From assembly GCA_963734545.1 (NCBI GenBank), contig CAVTHO010000005.1, forward strand, positions 1 to 64,000: a stretch of 64,000 bases of DNA. The letters are read 5' to 3'. Source of the stretch: an uncultured Spirochaetota bacterium (GTDB lineage Bacteria; Spirochaetota; Spirochaetia; SZUA-6; Fen-1364). The stretch's first letter is position 1. Each line of letters begins with the position of its first letter. The notes under the pieces were generated by a model, which saw nothing but the letters and a program-made list of their open reading frames with translations, had not been told where the DNA came from and did no database searches. The translations under genes were made by a program, and so were the position numbers. Positions 59,560 to 64,000 of the stretch are shown here, one piece after another.

Positions 59560-59578
59560 CAGGCCCTGTTGTTCTCAC

Positions 59579-59706
59579 TTGTCCCGTCCGCCACTTCGAC
59601 AGTACATTGAGGTACAGGAGGCGTGTAGACGCCTCCGAAGGTCGCCCCGTATGGGGGACCAGGGGCTTGCCCGTTCGGGAAGCCGCTGATGCCTGAAGGA
59701 GGCACG
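59579..59706 (+). promoter_or_regulatory. hsp20 promoter and four-hairpin 5' UTR (RNA thermometer candidate)
   Basis: TTGTCC-18-TACATT; hairpins at 59617-59636, 59640-59660, 59664-59684, and 59690-59704, the last covering the SD. Confidence 0.55.
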
Positions 59707-60252
59707 ATGATGACCAACAAGGTGTGGACGTTCGATCTCGGGCGCATCATGGACGAGGCGTTCAAGTTCGCGGAAAGCTTCGGCGAAGCGTTCGACCACG
59801 ATGCCGCGGAAAAGATGCGCCAGGCCGCGGAGCACTTCGGAAGGGGCCCGTTCGGCAACCCCGACTATTACCCCGCCTACATGTACCCGCCTTCCACCAT
59901 TTACCTCACCAAGGAGAAAAAGCTCGTGATGGAGATCGCCCTGGCGGGATTCGAAGAGAAGGACGTGAGCGTCCAGTTCCGGGGGGATCACCTCATCTTC
60001 TCGGCAAAGGCGCCCCAGACGCAGGCGAGCGAAGAAGGGGTCCAGTACTTCAAGCGCAGGCTCAAGCTCAAGGACATCGAAGAGCAGCGCTACTACGTGC
60101 CGGCGGACAAGTTCGATCAGGCGGGGACCCAGGCGAGCTTCCACAACGGCCTCCTGCGGGTGGTCGTGCCGCCGCGCGAGCAGCCTGAAACCGGAGAGGA
60201 GATCCGGATCCGCATCCGGACCGGTGCGGACGCGCCGGAGGGCTCCGCTTAA
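59707..60252 (+). CDS. Hsp20/alpha-crystallin family protein
   Basis: YPP, EIALAGF, ASFHNGLL; SD AAGGAGG. Confidence 0.88.
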   Translation: MMTNKVWTFDLGRIMDEAFKFAESFGEAFDHDAAEKMRQAAEHFGRGPFGNPDYYPAYMYPPSTIYLTKEKKLVMEIALAGFEEKDVSVQFRGDHLIFSAKAPQTQASEEGVQYFKRRLKLKDIEEQRYYVPADKFDQAGTQASFHNGLLRVVVPPREQPETGEEIRIRIRTGADAPEGSA

Positions 60253-60349
60253 ATCTCCGATTGGAGCTTTACACTCCTCCCCGGGGCCGGTATATACTTT
60301 CCCGAGAGCTCGTGAACGAATCGACCGATGGAAGGAGGAACACGACACA

Positions 60350-61610
60350 GTGCGCTGCCGCCTCCCGCGCCTGACACTCGTGATTGCCGCCCTCCTGTCG
60401 GCGGCGCTGCTGCACGCCGTCCCCGCGGAAACCTCAGGTGAAAAGAAGGGGGAGCCCTTCACCCTTGTGGCCCGGTCCGCGATCCTCATCGACCAGGCCA
60501 GCGGGCGCGTGCTCTACCAGCGCAATGCGGACCAGCCCTTCGTGCCCGCCTCCCTGGCCAAGCTCATGTCGCTGCACATCATCTACGAGAAGCTGGCGGA
60601 CCGCTCCATCGAGCCGGACGGACGTCGTGTCCCTCACGGCGCATGCCTGGGCGGACAACCAGGCCCCCGGCTCCACCCTGATGAACCTGGGTCCCGGCCA
60701 GATCGTCACGGTGGAAGAGCTGATGAAAGGAATGGCGGTGGCCTCGGGAAACGACGCGGCCACCGCCCTGGCCGAGTACGTGGCAGGGAGCACGGCGAGC
60801 TTTGTGCGGCTGATGAACGAAGAGGCGAAGTTCCTCGGCTACACGACCACGCGGTTCACGGACCCGGCCGGCGTGCAGGAGGCCAATCGCGTGAGCGCCC
60901 GCGAGTTCGCCGACTTCTGCCGGCGCTATATCGATCAGCATCCCGAGGCGCTGCCCGAGCTGCACTCCCTGCGCGAGTTCGAGTATCCCCTTGCCCAGAA
61001 CCTGCCCGACCGCCGGCGCACCGCGCTCGTCACCAAGAAGCAGTACAACGGGAACTACCTCGTCTGGGATGATTTCGGCGTGGACGGGCTGAAGACGGGG
61101 CACCTGGACGACGAAAACTTCACGGCAGCCATCACCGCCCGCCGGGGTGACATGCGCCTCATCGTGGTCCTGCTCGGCGTGCCGGGCCACACGCTGAACG
61201 AGGGTGCGCGCAACCGCTCGGCAGACGGCATGGCCCTTCTCTCCTACGGGTTCAAGAACTTCACCACCGTCGAGCTGGATGCGCCACCCCTGACACCGGT
61301 GCGCGTGTGGAAGGGAGATACGCGGGGGGTGAGCATGGCGCCGTCGGGAGTCGTGCGCATCACCGCCCGAAAAAGCGAGCTGGAGTCCCTCGAGTACAGG
61401 GTCGTGCTCTCCGCGCCCGTCGTGGCGCCGATAGTGAAAGGCCAGGAAATCGGCGCATTGGTCTATTCGTCGGGGACCGAAGAGGTGGGCCGGATTCCCC
61501 TCCTGGCCACGGCTGATGTAGAGGCGGCGGGGCTCCTTCGCCGGATGTGGGATTCTGTCGTGCTCGGTGTCTCCTCCATAGTAGGCGGCGCCGCGGCGGC
61601 TTTGAGATAG
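60350..61610 (+). CDS. D-alanyl-D-alanine carboxypeptidase (S11; one extra base near 60611)
   Basis: PASLAK, SGN, KTG, PBP5-like C-terminal domain. Confidence 0.88.
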
Positions 61611-61663
61611 CCGGGGACGATACCTGACGCGTCCCTCGGCATGACTTTGAAGGGAGGACCGCG

Positions 61664-62290
61664 ATGAATGCTGAACCCAAGTTTCCCGTGACCCTGCAGA
61701 TCGACTACCCGGACAGGGAGCTGAACCGGCTCACCACCTTCTTCAGGTGCATCATGCTGATACCGCCCGCCGTCATTCTCGGGCTGCTCCTGGGGCCCGG
61801 AGCAGGGTGGGGCAGCGGCACGGGAAGGGCCTTCTTCGGCACCGGCGCGATTCTTTTCCTGCCTGCTCTCCTCATGATTCTTTTCCGGCGCAAGTATCCG
61901 AGATGGTGGTTCGACTGGAACGTGAACATCACGAAGTTTTCCGCGCGGGTATGTGCTTACGCGGCGCTGCTGACCGACGAGTTTCCTTCCACGGAGAGGG
62001 AGCAGTCGGTGCACATCGTCATCCCCTTCCCGGACGTGAAAAAGGACCTGCTTCCCGGCATGCCGCTGGTGAAGTGGTTCCTGGCCATCCCCCATTGGTT
62101 CATCCTGTTTTTCCTGGGAATCGCGGCGGGGTTCTGCGTGTTCATCTCCTGGTTCGCGATCCTGTTCACCGGCCGCTTCCCCAGGTCATTCTTCGATTTC
62201 GTGGTGGGTGTGGCCCGCTGGGGCCTTCGGGTGAGCGCGTACGCCGTGCTGCTCGTGACGGACGTCTATCCGCCGTTCTCGCTCAGATAG
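61664..62290 (+). CDS. DUF4389 membrane protein
   Basis: Duplicated KYPRWWFD / LTDEFP and GRFP / TDVYPPF, PLVKWFLAIPH. Confidence 0.85.
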   Translation: MNAEPKFPVTLQIDYPDRELNRLTTFFRCIMLIPPAVILGLLLGPGAGWGSGTGRAFFGTGAILFLPALLMILFRRKYPRWWFDWNVNITKFSARVCAYAALLTDEFPSTEREQSVHIVIPFPDVKKDLLPGMPLVKWFLAIPHWFILFFLGIAAGFCVFISWFAILFTGRFPRSFFDFVVGVARWGLRVSAYAVLLVTDVYPPFSLR

Positions 62291-62684
62291 GCGCGCTCTC
62301 GCCCTTTCCGCAGTTGCAGCTCCCCCCTTCGCAGCCGCACGGCTCGGAGGAGGTGGCGCATTGGCCGCCGCAATTGCATTCGGTCTGCGGTGCGGGATTG
62401 GGGTTTTCGATGCTGAAGCCGCTGTTCTCCGGCTCGTCCACCCAGGTGACCAGGGACCCGTCCATGTACGACAGGCTCTGCGGGTCGATGACGACCCTGA
62501 TCCCGTTTGATTCGAATATCTGATCGCCCTCTTCGGGCTCCTTGTCGTCGATGCCCATGCCGTAGCGGAAGCCGGAGCACCCCATTCCCGCTACCCATAC
62601 CCTCAGGGTCGCCCCCGCTTTCCCCTGCTCGGTAAGGAGCGTGGTGAGCTGTCCTGCGGCCTTGTCCGAAAGCAAAATCGCCAT
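62283..62684 (-). CDS. IscA/HesB-type Fe-S carrier with a Cys-rich tail
   Basis: GMGCSGF, VVIDPQS, FSIENPN, CNCG; start ATG 62684 after TTGACT-17-TATATC. Confidence 0.88.
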   Translation of the reverse strand: MAILLSDKAAGQLTTLLTEQGKAGATLRVWVAGMGCSGFRYGMGIDDKEPEEGDQIFESNGIRVVIDPQSLSYMDGSLVTWVDEPENSGFSIENPNPAPQTECNCGGQCATSSEPCGCEGGSCNCGKGESAPI

Positions 62685-62792
62685 ATATAGAGATATAGAA
62701 ATAAAACGCTTTGAAGTCAAGGCGGCCGGACCGGTCCCCGCAACGTTTCGCCCTTGACCAACGGGAGGGCGCCCCGCATCATCCCCCCTAAC

Positions 62793-64000
62793 GTGAAAAA
62801 GTCGCAGAAATGGTCCGATGTCGCGCGCTGGCTGGGATACGTGAGACGCAGCCCGCGGGAGCTCGTCGCGGCATTTCTCTGTCTTGCCGTGGTGATGGTC
62901 GCGGACGTGGTGACACCGAAAATCTTCGGCTCAATCATCGACTCGGTCATCTCGCCCCCGGCCCTCTCCGCGGGAGCAGTCAGGCTCCCCGTTCTCGGCC
63001 TCCTTCCCGTGACCACCGCTCTTCTCTGCATCCTCGGCTTCCTTCTCTCGATCATCGCGCTTCGCGGATGCGCGCAGTTCGGCACGAGCGCAATTCTCGG
63101 GGAGATCGGTGAGCACGTGCACCTCGACATCCGTCAGGAGCTCTTCGATCATCTCCAGAAGCTGCCGCTCTCCTGGTACGATGTTTCCTACACCGGCAAG
63201 ATCATGGCGCGTCTCACCACCGACACCGACGCGCTCTGGGCCCTGCTCTCCAACGGCGTACGGAGCGTCATCGGCCCCGCGCTCACCATTGTCCTGGTCG
63301 TGATCATCCTCTTCACGATTTCGGTCCCGCTCACGCTGGTCGCCCTCGTGACGGCGCCCCTCTCGGGTCTTCTGTATCGCACGGCGCGCCGGCAGGTGAC
63401 GGAAGCGACCCGGCTCCAGCGTGAAACCCTCTCTTCCCTCTACGCGCGGCTGCAGGAAAGAATTTCCGGAGTGCGGACGATCAGGATCTTCGCCCGGGAG
63501 AAGGAGGAGAGCCGGCTCTTCGGAGCGGATATCCGCGCCCTCTACGCCAAGAACGTCACGCTCATCAGGAGCTGGTCGCGCTTCGGGATGCGCGCCTGGT
63601 GGATCACGGCGGCGGCGAATGCCTGCATCCTCTGCATCGGCGGAATCGTCGTGGCGCGCGGCGGCTTCACCATCGGCAGTCTCGTCTCCTTCAGCCTGTA
63701 CGCCGGCATGCTCTTCGGTCCCCTTGGACAGCTCGTGGACAGCTACGCCCAGCTCATGACGAACGGCGAGGTGGCGATGCGCCGCATCTTCGAAGTGCTG
63801 GACGAGCCGATCGCGCGGGAAGTCAGCTCGGGAATCGAGCCCTGCCCGCAGCTGCGAGGCGGCATCCGGCTCGAGTCGGTGTCCTTCTCCTATGTGCCGG
63901 AAAGCCCGGTCCTCCGCGACGTGAGCATCGAGATACGACCCGGGGAGCGGGCCGCCATCGTCGGCCCCTCGGGCGGGGGAAAGTCGACCCTGGTCAATCT
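62793..64000 (+). CDS. ABC exporter, fused permease and ATPase (truncated by window edge)
   Basis: GTG 62793; six TM segments, TGKIMARLTTD, Walker A GPSGGGKST at the window end. Confidence 0.88.
   Translation, partial: MKKSQKWSDVARWLGYVRRSPRELVAAFLCLAVVMVADVVTPKIFGSIIDSVISPPALSAGAVRLPVLGLLPVTTALLCILGFLLSIIALRGCAQFGTSAILGEIGEHVHLDIRQELFDHLQKLPLSWYDVSYTGKIMARLTTDTDALWALLSNGVRSVIGPALTIVLVVIILFTISVPLTLVALVTAPLSGLLYRTARRQVTEATRLQRETLSSLYARLQERISGVRTIRIFAREKEESRLFGADIRALYAKNVTLIRSWSRFGMRAWWITAAANACILCIGGIVVARGGFTIGSLVSFSLYAGMLFGPLGQLVDSYAQLMTNGEVAMRRIFEVLDEPIAREVSSGIEPCPQLRGGIRLESVSFSYVPESPVLRDVSIEIRPGERAAIVGPSGGGKSTLVN

Noticed and set aside
1-64000. tRNA, rRNA, CRISPR array, prophage or IS element
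   Set aside because: No cloverleaf, rRNA signature, regularly spaced repeat array, phage structural gene or transposase was recognised by eye

Overview
GC-rich bacterial chromosomal window, most likely from a spirochaete (inference from the archaeal/eukaryote-type PheS/PheT pair, a DAHP synthase-prephenate dehydratase fusion and a LAGC-PSPF lipoprotein). About a dozen genes are broken by single-base insertions, which looks like uncorrected long-read error and affects how apparent fusions should be read. Left end (1-3810): an integron with intI on +, an attI core at 2171-2177, two closely related attC sites and three minus-strand cassettes (a reconstructable HEPN RxxxxH protein, a conserved hypothetical, and a self-promoted RHH antitoxin running off the window). 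Then: GGDEF plus aroF-pheA, DUF1015, a flavodoxin-fold protein with a TsrM-like B12 radical SAM enzyme, Lrp, HD/ornithine cyclodeaminase/pheST, and a Mo/W/Se cofactor cluster (tupABC-moeA-moaA-moaC/MOSC-mog behind a Moco riboswitch; xdhC-yqeC-yqeB; mobB). An echABCDEF [NiFe] hydrogenase operon follows and is the most unusual locus: a GNAT domain in frame with echC, an in-frame 2x51-bp palindromic ANGGAN-loop repeat in echF, a Rex-like operator, and a candidate divergent sRNA. The remainder holds a PLD-like protein, a QueG-like protein, a transglutaminase-TPR/NHL lipoprotein pair, a sugar ABC cluster with IclR, an SH3-M48-CHASE2 cyclase triad, pstSCABB-phoU, a KimA-like permease, hsp20 behind a four-hairpin thermometer-like leader, a DD-carboxypeptidase, DUF4389, an IscA/HesB protein and a partial ABC exporter. 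Many genes appear leaderless. No rRNA, tRNA or CRISPR array was seen. All family assignments come from motif recognition by eye; no database search was run.
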